Positions 20,560 through 29,802 of a stretch of DNA of 64,000 nucleotides are shown in pieces. How positions within the stretch are numbered: the first letter of the stretch is position 1; each line of letters starts with the position of its first letter. The position numbers and the translations under genes are program-made. The notes below the pieces were generated by a model. It was given only the letters and a program-made list of their open reading frames with translations, made no database searches and had not been told where the DNA came from. The DNA is from Candidatus Eiseniibacteriota bacterium (GTDB lineage Bacteria; Eisenbacteria; RBG-16-71-46; JABDJR01): positions 1,184,001-1,248,000 of the forward strand of contig CAWANH010000028.1 in the NCBI GenBank assembly GCA_963783375.1, read 5' to 3'.

Positions 20560-20844
20560 CGGTGCCTCCTCCAAGGGCGGAATTCGTCCACGCCCGGCGG
20601 CCCTGCCCGGGATGAACCCCACGCTTCCCTCGGTAACGCTACCCGGACCCCCTCATCACAGCTTAGCCAACCGGAGGGGGTTTGTCGCGAACCGCCTCCC
20701 GGGAAGGACGACTGGTGTGGTAGTCTCTGGGGCCTCAGATCCCGCCTCGACACCCCTCGATCCACATTGCGGTCGATCCCCGTGTTTCCCGGTGACGGTC
20801 CGATATTGCGCGCGCTCCGGGCGCGTTGTATGAGGATGAAATTC

Positions 20845-22161
20845 ATGCGTTTCCTTCGGTTCGGTTCCATCGGTTCCCCACCGCGCGGCCCTCTTTCCGC
20901 CGGCCGCCCCGGCGCGGCGCGGATCTCCCCGGCGGCCTCCGGCTCGGCCCCCCCGGCCCGAAGCCGGGTTGGGCGGACGCTTCGCCGGGGCCTCGGGTTG
21001 GGAAGCGCCCTGGTCCTGGGGGCGGCATTGGTCGCGCTTCCCGGCTGCGGCGCCAAGAAGGGGAACGGTGGGGCCCAGGCCCAGGGATCGGCGGCGGCCA
21101 AGAACCCGCAGGCCGCGAAGGCCGCCAAGGGTCCCCAGGGGAGGATGGGTCCGGGGGGCGCTCCCCCGGCCGGCCCCGCCATTCCGGTGGCGGTCGAGCC
21201 CGCCGTCCGAGGCCCCATCGCGAGCTACTACAGCACCACCGCCACCCTGGAACCCAACAAGGAGGCGGACATCCTGGCCCGGGTGTCCGGGGTGGTCACC
21301 TCGATCAAGGCGGAGGAGGGGGACGCGGTCCGGAAGGGGGACGACGTCCTGGTCATCCAGGACGACGAGTACCGCTACCGGCTGGCCCAGGCCGAGGCCG
21401 AGGTGGACAAGCAGCAGACCAAGTTCAACCGGCTCCAGAAGATGTTCGCGGGCAACCTGGTCTCCGCGGATGAGTTCGACACCGCCCGCACCGATTTCGA
21501 GGCGGCCAAGGCGGCCCGGGACCTGGCCAAGCTCGAACTCTCCTATACCCGGGTCGTCTCCCCCTTCCGGGGGCGGGTGACCCGGCGGCTGGTGGACCCC
21601 GGCCAGACCGTGTCCAACGGCACCCCGCTCTTCTCGATCGCGGACATGAGCCGCCTCCTGGCCAAGGTGCACGTCCCCTCCCGCGAGTTCGGAAAGATCC
21701 AGTCGGACCAGCCGGTTGAGCTGACCCTGGACTCCGACCGGAAGAAGCTCCAGGGGCAGATCTCCCTGGTGAGCCCGGTCATCGAGCCCTCCACCGGGAC
21801 GATCAAGGTCACGGTGGCGATCCCCGACTATCCCCAGGGCACCCGCCCCGGCGACTTCGCCGAGGTGCGGGTGGTGACCGAACGCCACCCCGACGCGGTC
21901 CTGGTGGACAAGGTCGCGGTGGTGACCGATCGGAGCGAGCAGGTGGTCTTCGTGGCCGCCGACACCACCGCGGAGCGTCGCGTGGTCGAGGTGGGCTTCA
22001 CCGACGACGAGCACGCGGAGATCCTCTCCGGGGTCGAGCCCGGGGAACGGGTGGTGGTCCAGGGCCAGCGCTCGCTGAAGCACGGCTCACCGCTCAAGAT
22101 CATGGACAAGATCAAGTACGACGCCCCCGAGGAGGCCACGGCGAGCGGGGCGGGTTCCTGA
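20845..22161 (+). CDS. RND efflux periplasmic adaptor (MFP) subunit
   Basis: Lipobox LPGC; lipoyl-like halves ARVSGVV..EGDAV and SPFRGRV..PGQTV. Start uncertain (20830/20836/20845). Confidence 0.9.
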   Translation: MRFLRFGSIGSPPRGPLSAGRPGAARISPAASGSAPPARSRVGRTLRRGLGLGSALVLGAALVALPGCGAKKGNGGAQAQGSAAAKNPQAAKAAKGPQGRMGPGGAPPAGPAIPVAVEPAVRGPIASYYSTTATLEPNKEADILARVSGVVTSIKAEEGDAVRKGDDVLVIQDDEYRYRLAQAEAEVDKQQTKFNRLQKMFAGNLVSADEFDTARTDFEAAKAARDLAKLELSYTRVVSPFRGRVTRRLVDPGQTVSNGTPLFSIADMSRLLAKVHVPSREFGKIQSDQPVELTLDSDRKKLQGQISLVSPVIEPSTGTIKVTVAIPDYPQGTRPGDFAEVRVVTERHPDAVLVDKVAVVTDRSEQVVFVAADTTAERRVVEVGFTDDEHAEILSGVEPGERVVVQGQRSLKHGSPLKIMDKIKYDAPEEATASGAGS

Positions 22162-25100
22162 TGCGCTCGTTCATCGCCCTGGCGGTGCGGCGGCGGGTGG
22201 CGGTGCTCATGACCGCCCTGGCCGTGGTGGCCTTCGGCGTCGTGGGCTACAACCGTCTCGCCCTCGATCTGCTCCCCGACATCAGCTATCCGTCCCTCAC
22301 CATCCAGACCGACTTCCCGGACACCGCTCCCGCCGAGGTCGAGAACCTGATCACCCGCCCGGTGGAAGAGGCGGTGGGGGTGGTGAAGGGGCTGAAAACC
22401 ATCCACTCGGTCTCCCGCTCCGGGGTGTCCGAGGTGACCCTGGAGTTCGAGTGGGGGTCGGACATGGACATGCTGTCCATGGACGTCCGGGACAAGCTGG
22501 ACCGGATCGTCCTCCCCCAGGAGGCCGATTCCCCCATCGTGATGCGGTTCGACCCCTCCCTGGACCCGGTCATGCGCCTGGCCTACAGCGGCTCCTCCGG
22601 GTTGGCCTCGCTCCGGCGGGTGGCGGACAAGACCATCAAGCAGGATCTGGAGACCATCAAGGGGGTGGCGGCGGCCGAGGTGAAAGGGGGGCTGGAGGAG
22701 GAGATCCAGGTCAACGTGATGCAGGACCGGCTGGCCGCCCTCGGCATCCCCCTGGACCGGGTGCGCGAGGTGGTCGGGGTCTCGAACGTCAACCTGCCCG
22801 GCGGCTCCCTGGAGGATCAGGACAGCCAGTACCTGATCCGCACCGTGAACGAGTACGACACGGTGGACGAGATCGGGGACCTGATCATCCGCCAGGACCA
22901 GCACGGCACCGTGCGGGTGAAGGACGTGGCCCAGGTGACCCGCGGGACCAAGGAGCGGACCGAGATCACCCGGGTGAACGGGACCGAGGCGGTGGAGATC
23001 GCCATCTACAAGGAGGGCGACGCCAACACCGTGACCACCGCCCGCGAGGTGCGAAAGCGCATGCAGGAGCTGGAGTCCAAGCTCCCCCCCGACCACCACC
23101 TGACCGTGCTCTTCGACCAGTCCCGGTTCATCGAGCGCGCGGTGGGCGAGGTGCGGAACGCGGCGCTTCTGGGCGGGCTCCTGGCCATCCTCGTCCTCTT
23201 CGCCTTCCTTCGCGACCTCCGGAGCACGCTCATCATCGGGATCTCGATCCCGCTCTCCCTGGTGGCCGCGTTCCTCTTCATGTACCGGCTGAACGTATCC
23301 CTCAACATCATGTCCCTGGGCGGGCTCACCCTGGGAGTCGGGATGCTGGTGGACAACTCCATCGTGGTCCTGGAGTCGATCCATCGTAAACGCAAGGAGG
23401 GGCTTCCCCGGTCCCGGGCCGCGGTGGAGGGAACCGCCGAGGTCGGGGGCGCGGTGATCGCATCCACCCTGACCACGGTGGCGGTGTTCCTCCCCATCGT
23501 GTTCGTGGAGGGGATCGCCGGACAGCTCTTCGGGGACATGGCGCTGACCGTGACCCTGAGTCTCCTGGCCTCGCTGGCGGTGGCCATCACCGTGATCCCC
23601 ATGCTGTCCGCGGCGGGCCGCGACCGGGGCGACTCCACGGGCCCCGCCCCGGTCTCCGCTTTCGACGAGTTCTCCCCCGACACCCTGGGCCGGTTCAGCC
23701 GTCTCTACGACCGGTTCATCCGTACCGCGCTCCGGCGCCGGTGGACGGTGATCGGCGTGGCCGCGGTGCTCTTCGCGGCCTCGGTGGGCGCGCTCCGGCT
23801 GGTCGGGACGGAGCTCATCCCCTCCATCAACGAGGGGGAGTTCTACTTCGAGGTGAACATGCCGGAGGGGACCCCCCTGGCCGCCACCGACCGGATCATG
23901 CAGGGGATGGAGAAGGGGGCGGCGGCCCAGCCCGGCATCGACCGCACCTACAGCTCGGTGGGGAGCCGGCTGGTGGCGGGGGGGATGTCCCTCAACACCG
24001 AGGCGGAGAACCTCGGGCAGATGAACGTGGTCATGAAGGACCGCGCCGACGAGCGGGCGGAAGCCCGGGTGACCGAGACCCTACGCCGGAGCTTCGAGGG
24101 GATCCCGGACCTGGTGGTGAAGACCGGGAAGCCGACCTACTTCAGCCTCAAGACTCCCGTGGAGGTGAACCTCTTCGGGGAAAACCTGGACGATCTCCGA
24201 AACTACTCCCTGGAGGTCCAGCAGAAGATGGAGGCGGTCCCCGGGCTGGTGGACGTCCGCTCCTCCCTGGAAGCGGGGAGCCCCGAGCTCCAGGTGGTCT
24301 TCGACCGGGCCCGTCTGGCCTCCCTGGGTCTCGACATGCGCACCCTCTCCCAGACCCTGCGGGACCGGATCCAGGGCGCGGTGCCCACCCGGTTCAAGGA
24401 GGAGGATCGCCAGATCGACATCCGGATCCGCAATCGCCAGCCCGACCGCGCCACCGCCCGGGACGTCGAGAACCTGGTGATTCCAGGTCCGGACGGCCAG
24501 CCGATCCGGCTCTTGACCGTGGCCGACGTGCATGTGGACCGGGGCCCGGCCGAGATCCACCGCCTCCAGCAGCAGCGGGCGGCCCTGGTGAGCGCGGACC
24601 TCCAGGGGCGGAGCCTCGGGTCCGCGGTCAAGGACGTGCGGGCGGTCCTGGCCGCCACCCCGCCCCCTCCGGGCGTCACCGCCGAGATGGGCGGGCAGAA
24701 CGAGGAGATGGAGACGTCCTTCCACAGCCTCCGCTTCGCCATGATCCTGGCCATCTTCCTGGTCTACCTGGTCATGGCCGCGACCTTCGAGTCCCTGATC
24801 CACCCCTTCATCGTGTTGTTCTCGATCCCCCTGGCCCTGGTGGGGGCGGTGTTCGGGCTCCTGGTGACCGGCACCGACCTGAGCGTGATCGTCCTCATCG
24901 GCGCGGTGATGCTGGTGGGGATCGTGGTCAACAACGCCATCGTGCTCATCGACAAGGTGAACCAGCTCCGCCGCGAAGGGATGGAGAAGGAGGAGGCGCT
25001 GATCCGGGCCGGGCACATCCGTCTCCGCCCGATTCTCATGACCACCCTGACCACGGTGCTCGGGCTCCTCCCCATGGCGCTCTCGGTGGGGGAGGGAGCG

Positions 25101-25283
25101 GAGCTCCGGGCGCCCCTGGCCATCACCGTCTCCTTCGGCCTCACCTTCAGCACCTTTCTCACCCTGGTGGTGATTCCCGCGGTCTACATGGTGGTGCCGT
25201 CGCGGGTGACCGCGGAAGCGGAGGAGCGCGACCCCGTGGGCCTCGGTCGGGAGGAGACCGCTCCCGGAGGTGCCTCGTCATGA
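22161..25283 (+). CDS. RND efflux permease subunit 1 (AcrB/MdtB-like)
   Basis: 1040 aa, 12-TM pattern, GMLVDNSIVVLE, RLRPILMT; start overlaps the MFP stop. Confidence 0.93.
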   Translation: MRSFIALAVRRRVAVLMTALAVVAFGVVGYNRLALDLLPDISYPSLTIQTDFPDTAPAEVENLITRPVEEAVGVVKGLKTIHSVSRSGVSEVTLEFEWGSDMDMLSMDVRDKLDRIVLPQEADSPIVMRFDPSLDPVMRLAYSGSSGLASLRRVADKTIKQDLETIKGVAAAEVKGGLEEEIQVNVMQDRLAALGIPLDRVREVVGVSNVNLPGGSLEDQDSQYLIRTVNEYDTVDEIGDLIIRQDQHGTVRVKDVAQVTRGTKERTEITRVNGTEAVEIAIYKEGDANTVTTAREVRKRMQELESKLPPDHHLTVLFDQSRFIERAVGEVRNAALLGGLLAILVLFAFLRDLRSTLIIGISIPLSLVAAFLFMYRLNVSLNIMSLGGLTLGVGMLVDNSIVVLESIHRKRKEGLPRSRAAVEGTAEVGGAVIASTLTTVAVFLPIVFVEGIAGQLFGDMALTVTLSLLASLAVAITVIPMLSAAGRDRGDSTGPAPVSAFDEFSPDTLGRFSRLYDRFIRTALRRRWTVIGVAAVLFAASVGALRLVGTELIPSINEGEFYFEVNMPEGTPLAATDRIMQGMEKGAAAQPGIDRTYSSVGSRLVAGGMSLNTEAENLGQMNVVMKDRADERAEARVTETLRRSFEGIPDLVVKTGKPTYFSLKTPVEVNLFGENLDDLRNYSLEVQQKMEAVPGLVDVRSSLEAGSPELQVVFDRARLASLGLDMRTLSQTLRDRIQGAVPTRFKEEDRQIDIRIRNRQPDRATARDVENLVIPGPDGQPIRLLTVADVHVDRGPAEIHRLQQQRAALVSADLQGRSLGSAVKDVRAVLAATPPPPGVTAEMGGQNEEMETSFHSLRFAMILAIFLVYLVMAATFESLIHPFIVLFSIPLALVGAVFGLLVTGTDLSVIVLIGAVMLVGIVVNNAIVLIDKVNQLRREGMEKEEALIRAGHIRLRPILMTTLTTVLGLLPMALSVGEGAELRAPLAITVSFGLTFSTFLTLVVIPAVYMVVPSRVTAEAEERDPVGLGREETAPGGASS

Positions 25284-28200
25284 ACCTCCCCGAGCTGGCG
25301 ATCAAGCGACCCATCACCGCCCTGATGGTCATCGTGAGCCTGGTGGTCCTGGGACTGGTGGCCATGGCGCGGCTTCCCCTGGGGTTCCTCCCCGAGGTGA
25401 ACCGCCCCTTCCTCTTCGTCCGGGTCCCCTATCCCAACGCCACCCCGGAGCAGGTGGAGCGGATGGTGGTCCAGCCCCTGGAGGACGCCCTGGGCTCGGT
25501 GAAGGGGCTCCAGAACATGTGGTCCTCCTGCGACCGCGACGACGGGGTGGTGCGCCTGGAGTTCAACTGGTCCCGGAACATGAGCCTGGCCCGGGTCGAG
25601 GTCCAGGAGAAGGTGGACCGGATCCGGGATCAGCTCCCGGACGACGTCGGAGACATCACCATCGGGTCGGACTGGGACTCGCGCGAGGCCGACGTGCCGG
25701 TTCTGGAGGGCCGGCTCTCCTCGAACCGCGATCTCTCCGAGAGCTACGACCTCCTGGACCGGAAGATCGTCAAGCCCCTGGAGCGGATTCCCGGGGTGGC
25801 CACGGTGCGGTTGGACGGGGTGAACCCCAAGGAAGTCCGGGTGAATCTCCGGGTGGCCGATCTCGAGGCCCATCACATGGACGTGCGCGAGGTCTCGAAC
25901 CTGCTCCGTTCCGCAAATTTCGACCAGAGTCTGGGCAAGGTGACCGAGCCCCACGCCCAGTACGCGGTGCGCACGGTGGGCACCTTCACCTCCCTGGACC
26001 AGATCCGGAACCTCCCCCTCCGCGCCGACGGCTTGCGGCTCCAGGACGTGGCCGACGTGGTCTACCAGGAGCCGCCCCTGGAATACGGCCGCCACCTGGA
26101 CGGCAAGTTCGCCATCGGCATCACGGTGAGCAAGGAGGCCAGCGCCAACGCGGTCACCATCTGCGACGAGGTGAAGGAAAAGGTCGAGGCCATGGGGAAG
26201 GACCCGGAGCTGGACGGGGTGAACTTCCTCATCTGGTTCAACCAGGGGCAGGAGATCCGAAAGACCCTTCACGACCTCATGTTCACCGGCATCTTCGGGG
26301 CCATCCTGGCCGCGCTGGTGCTCTTCGCCTTCCTGCGCCGCTTCTCCCTGACCGTCTTCTCCGCGCTCTGCATCCCGTTCTCGATCATCGTGGCCTGCGG
26401 GATCATCTGGGCTCAGGGGAAATCGCTGAACACCCTGACCCTGCTCGGCCTGATCGTGGGCATCGGGATGCTGGTGGACAACGCGGTGGTGGTGATGGAG
26501 AACATCTTCCGCTACGAGGAGGAGGGGGTGGACCGGCGGACCGCGGCCCGGATCGGCTCCAGCGAGGTCTCCACCGCGGTGGTGGCCGCCACCCTGACCT
26601 CGGTGATCGTCTTCCTTCCCCTCATCTTCAACAAGCCCAGCGAGATGAACATCTATCTGAAGGAACTGGGCATCACGGTGTGCCTCACCCTTCTCGCCTC
26701 GCTCTTCATCAGCCAGACCCTGATCCCCCTGGCCACGTCCCGTTTCATCCACTCCGAGCCCCGACCCAAGGGACGCTGGATGGTGTGGCTCGAAGACAAC
26801 TACGTGAGACTTCTGGCCTTCAATCTCCGCCACCGCTGGCTCACCCCGATCATCGGGATCCTCGTCACCGCCTCCGCCGCCTACCCGTTCATGAAGATCG
26901 ACAAGAACTTCGACGCGAACCAGAGCGAGGCATTCGTGGCGCTCCGCTACGAGTACAGCGAACCCCTGAACCTCTCCCGCATGGAGCAGGTGGTGTCCCG
27001 GGTCGAGAAGGAGCTGAGTCCCCATAGCGCGGAGCTGAACGTCAAGTCCATCTACTCCTTCTGGAGCGGCCGGTACAGCATGACCCGGCTCTACATGGAG
27101 GAGGGGCACTCCAACGAGAAGGACATCGCCAAGGCGCGGGCCCAGCTTCGGAAGCTGTTGCCCACCCTCCCCGGGGTGAAGCTCGAGGTGATGGACTCGG
27201 GGCCGATGTGGCGGATGGGGGCAGGTAAGCAGGTCGCCTTCCAGATCGTGGGAACGGACACCGAGGTCCTCACCCATCTCGGGGAGGAGGCCAAGCAACG
27301 CCTGGAGGGAATCCCCGGCCTTCACGACGTGTTCGCCAGCAGCGAGTCCGGCGGCCAGGAACTCTACGTGAACCTCGACCGGGATCTCGCCGCCCGCTAC
27401 GGGGTTCCCCTGATCCAGCCCGCCAACGTGGTGGGGCTCACCTATCGCGGCCAGCGGCTCCCACGGTATCGCACCCCCGACGGCGAACGGGAGATGCGCC
27501 TCACCCTGGACGAGAAGAGGACGGAGAGCCTCTCCCAGCTCCGGAACCTGCCGCTGTGGACCACCGACGGTCAGAAGGTGCCCCTGGCCTCGGTGGCGCA
27601 GTTCAAGATGGTGCCGGGACCGGAGCGGATCCAGCGCGACAACCGGGTGACCAGCATCTGGGTGGGGGCCCGCTACGACGAGGGGACGCGGAACGAGTAT
27701 ATCCCCGCGGTGACCTCGGCCATGGAGGGGATGAACTTCCCCTACGGCTACTCCTGGACCTTCCGGAACGTGGACCAGCGCCGCCAGGAGCAGTCGAAGG
27801 AGTTCATGGTCAACCTGGTCCTGGCCCTGCTTCTGGTCTACGCGGTGATGGCCGGGCTCTTCGAGTCGGCCCGCCAGGCCCTGGGTCTCATGGTGGCTCT
27901 CCCCTTCGCCCTGGCCGGTGCGGCCTGGACCCTCTACTTCACCCACACCGACTTCGATCAGCCCGCGGCCATCGGGCTCCTGCTCCTGATCGGGGTGGTG
28001 GTGAACAACGGCATCGTCATGCTCGAGCACATCAACGGCTACCGGCGGAAGGGAATGCCCCGGGAGGAGGCGATGATCCGCGGGGGGAAGGAGCGTCTCC
28101 GCCCCATTCTCATGACCGCGATCACCACCCTGGTGGGTCTGGTCCCCATCGTGGTGCAGAAGCCGGCCCTGGCCGGGGTGTACTACTACTCCATGGCTTT

Positions 28201-28366
28201 GGTCATCATGGGGGGGCTGGTGCTCTCCACCTTCCTCACCTCGGTGCTCCTCCCCACCACCGCCGCGCTCTCCGAGGACATGTTCGCGGGAATCGGGCGC
28301 GGCCTCGCCTGGGGGTTCGGCCGGATCGCCTGGCTGTTCGGGCGCCGCGCCGCCGAGTCCTCGTAG
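25280..28366 (+). CDS. RND efflux permease subunit 2 (AcrB/MdtC-like)
   Basis: True start MNLPELAIKRP at an ATGA overlap (25280); GMLVDNAVVVME, RLRPILMT. Confidence 0.93.
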   Translation: MNLPELAIKRPITALMVIVSLVVLGLVAMARLPLGFLPEVNRPFLFVRVPYPNATPEQVERMVVQPLEDALGSVKGLQNMWSSCDRDDGVVRLEFNWSRNMSLARVEVQEKVDRIRDQLPDDVGDITIGSDWDSREADVPVLEGRLSSNRDLSESYDLLDRKIVKPLERIPGVATVRLDGVNPKEVRVNLRVADLEAHHMDVREVSNLLRSANFDQSLGKVTEPHAQYAVRTVGTFTSLDQIRNLPLRADGLRLQDVADVVYQEPPLEYGRHLDGKFAIGITVSKEASANAVTICDEVKEKVEAMGKDPELDGVNFLIWFNQGQEIRKTLHDLMFTGIFGAILAALVLFAFLRRFSLTVFSALCIPFSIIVACGIIWAQGKSLNTLTLLGLIVGIGMLVDNAVVVMENIFRYEEEGVDRRTAARIGSSEVSTAVVAATLTSVIVFLPLIFNKPSEMNIYLKELGITVCLTLLASLFISQTLIPLATSRFIHSEPRPKGRWMVWLEDNYVRLLAFNLRHRWLTPIIGILVTASAAYPFMKIDKNFDANQSEAFVALRYEYSEPLNLSRMEQVVSRVEKELSPHSAELNVKSIYSFWSGRYSMTRLYMEEGHSNEKDIAKARAQLRKLLPTLPGVKLEVMDSGPMWRMGAGKQVAFQIVGTDTEVLTHLGEEAKQRLEGIPGLHDVFASSESGGQELYVNLDRDLAARYGVPLIQPANVVGLTYRGQRLPRYRTPDGEREMRLTLDEKRTESLSQLRNLPLWTTDGQKVPLASVAQFKMVPGPERIQRDNRVTSIWVGARYDEGTRNEYIPAVTSAMEGMNFPYGYSWTFRNVDQRRQEQSKEFMVNLVLALLLVYAVMAGLFESARQALGLMVALPFALAGAAWTLYFTHTDFDQPAAIGLLLLIGVVVNNGIVMLEHINGYRRKGMPREEAMIRGGKERLRPILMTAITTLVGLVPIVVQKPALAGVYYYSMALVIMGGLVLSTFLTSVLLPTTAALSEDMFAGIGRGLAWGFGRIAWLFGRRAAESS

Positions 28367-28481
28367 CCGCCGGTCGCTCGCCGCCGCCGTCCGTCTCCGG
28401 CTGCGGAATTCCGCATTCCGGCCGGAAGGACCCTGGGGATTTCCACATCGGCGCCCTCGCCCCCGCGCTGAGCCCATCGAA

Positions 28482-28506
28482 CAACTCCTTGTAAAACAAG
28501 CGGTTG
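28482..28506. promoter_or_regulatory. 25-bp imperfect palindrome, copy 2 (CAACTCCTTG-TAAAA-CAAGCGGTTG)
   Basis: Best-formed copy: CAAC..CTTG N5 CAAG..GTTG, intergenic upstream of the CHAT locus. Confidence 0.5.
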
Positions 28507-28830
28507 CACGATGTCTGGACGGTCCGCGATCTTGGTACGGGGGTTGCGTTCATACCGGGGTGTGGCGGCGCGGGGCTACCGGCAACGGTATGGCGCCGTC
28601 ACGTTCCGACCCTGCCGGCGCCGCGGTCCCCATCGGGGGTGTGGGGGAACATCTCCACCGGGGCCGCGGCCCGGTGCTTCGCCGGACGTCCCGCGATCAC
28701 GCGGTCGCCGCGGCCGGTCCGGCCGGGTCGGGTCATGGTATTCTGGCCTCCGAACGGCGGCCGGGTTCTTGTGTGGCTCGGGTTCTCGTGGCGCAGGGCG
28801 GTCGTCGCCCGAATTCGGTGGGAGGGACTG

Positions 28831-29802
28831 ATGAGATTCATTCGTGTCGGATCGGCCCTGGGTATCCTCATGACGCTCGGACTCATGATCGCCCCCGGGC
28901 TCGCGGTTTCGGCGGGCAAGGACGCGGAGCCGGCGGCGGTGCTGGCGGTGGCCGCGGGAAACGTGTCCGTCGTCCGAGGCGCCCAGACGCTCTCCGGGAG
29001 CTTCGGGGCCGCGCTCCAACCGGGCGACGTGGTGGAGACCGGCGCGGACGCCAAGGCCGCGGTGCTGTTCGAGTCCGGACAGATGATCGAGCTGGGACCG
29101 GGAAGCCGCATCACCATCGGCTCCATCCCCGGGAAGGACGACGAGGGAAGCCTCATGGCCCAGGTGCCCGACGCCCTTTCCGGGAACCTCGGGCGCTTCG
29201 CCCAGACCTCGGGAGACGGGGGGCTTTCCGCGCTTCCGACCCTGCGCGGCGGGACGGCCGACGACAAGCCCGTCCCGCTCGCTCCCCGAAACTCCCTCAT
29301 CCGGCCGGGCGTCGCGCCCGAGTTCCGCTGGAAGCCGGTCGAGGACGCCATGGACTACACGGTGATCCTCACCGGGCCAGGCGCGGCCGCGGGGCGGCAC
29401 CGGGCCTCCGACGCCTCCTGGACTCCGGAGGCGGGGTTCGAGGCGGGGGAGAGCTGGACCTGGAGCGTGGAGGCGCTCACCTCCGACGGACCGGTGACCT
29501 CGGGTCCGGTGACCTTCGAGGTGGCCTCGGCGGAGACGGACGCCGAGGTGGGGGACCTGGCCAAGCGGCTGGATCCGCTCATGAACGGCGGCGACCCCAT
29601 CCGCAACGACGCCGCCCAGTACCTGATGGGAAGCTACTGCCGGAGCACCGGGTTCTACACCGATGCCATCGTCCGTCTCGAAGGCCTGGCCGAGCGTCAT
29701 CCCGATCGGAAGGAACTCCAGCGTGAGCTGGGGAGCCTCTACCAGGCGGTGGGGTTGAACGACAAGGCGGCCGACGCGTATCGCCGGGCGCTCAAGGATT
29801 GA
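28831..29802 (+). CDS. Secreted FecR-like / Ig-like / TPR protein
   Basis: GGAGG RBS; signal peptide; FecR-like beta motif (GDVVETGADAKAAVLF..G...LGPGSRI); linker PTLRGG; PEFRW...Y.V...WTWSVEA Ig-like strand pattern; C-terminal TPR (RELGSLYQAVGLNDKAADAYRRAL). Confidence 0.75.
   Translation: MRFIRVGSALGILMTLGLMIAPGLAVSAGKDAEPAAVLAVAAGNVSVVRGAQTLSGSFGAALQPGDVVETGADAKAAVLFESGQMIELGPGSRITIGSIPGKDDEGSLMAQVPDALSGNLGRFAQTSGDGGLSALPTLRGGTADDKPVPLAPRNSLIRPGVAPEFRWKPVEDAMDYTVILTGPGAAAGRHRASDASWTPEAGFEAGESWTWSVEALTSDGPVTSGPVTFEVASAETDAEVGDLAKRLDPLMNGGDPIRNDAAQYLMGSYCRSTGFYTDAIVRLEGLAERHPDRKELQRELGSLYQAVGLNDKAADAYRRALKD

Noticed and set aside
20620-20700. CCCGGACCC...CAGCT...CCGGAGG faintly like the 3' half of a c-di-AMP (ydaO) riboswitch
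   Set aside because: The 5' conserved elements are missing and the spacing does not fit.
18967-25279. Apparent 1064-aa MFP and 1541-aa RND fusion ORFs
   Set aside because: The N-terminal extensions are shadow frames overlapping real genes; true starts are ~20845 and 25280.
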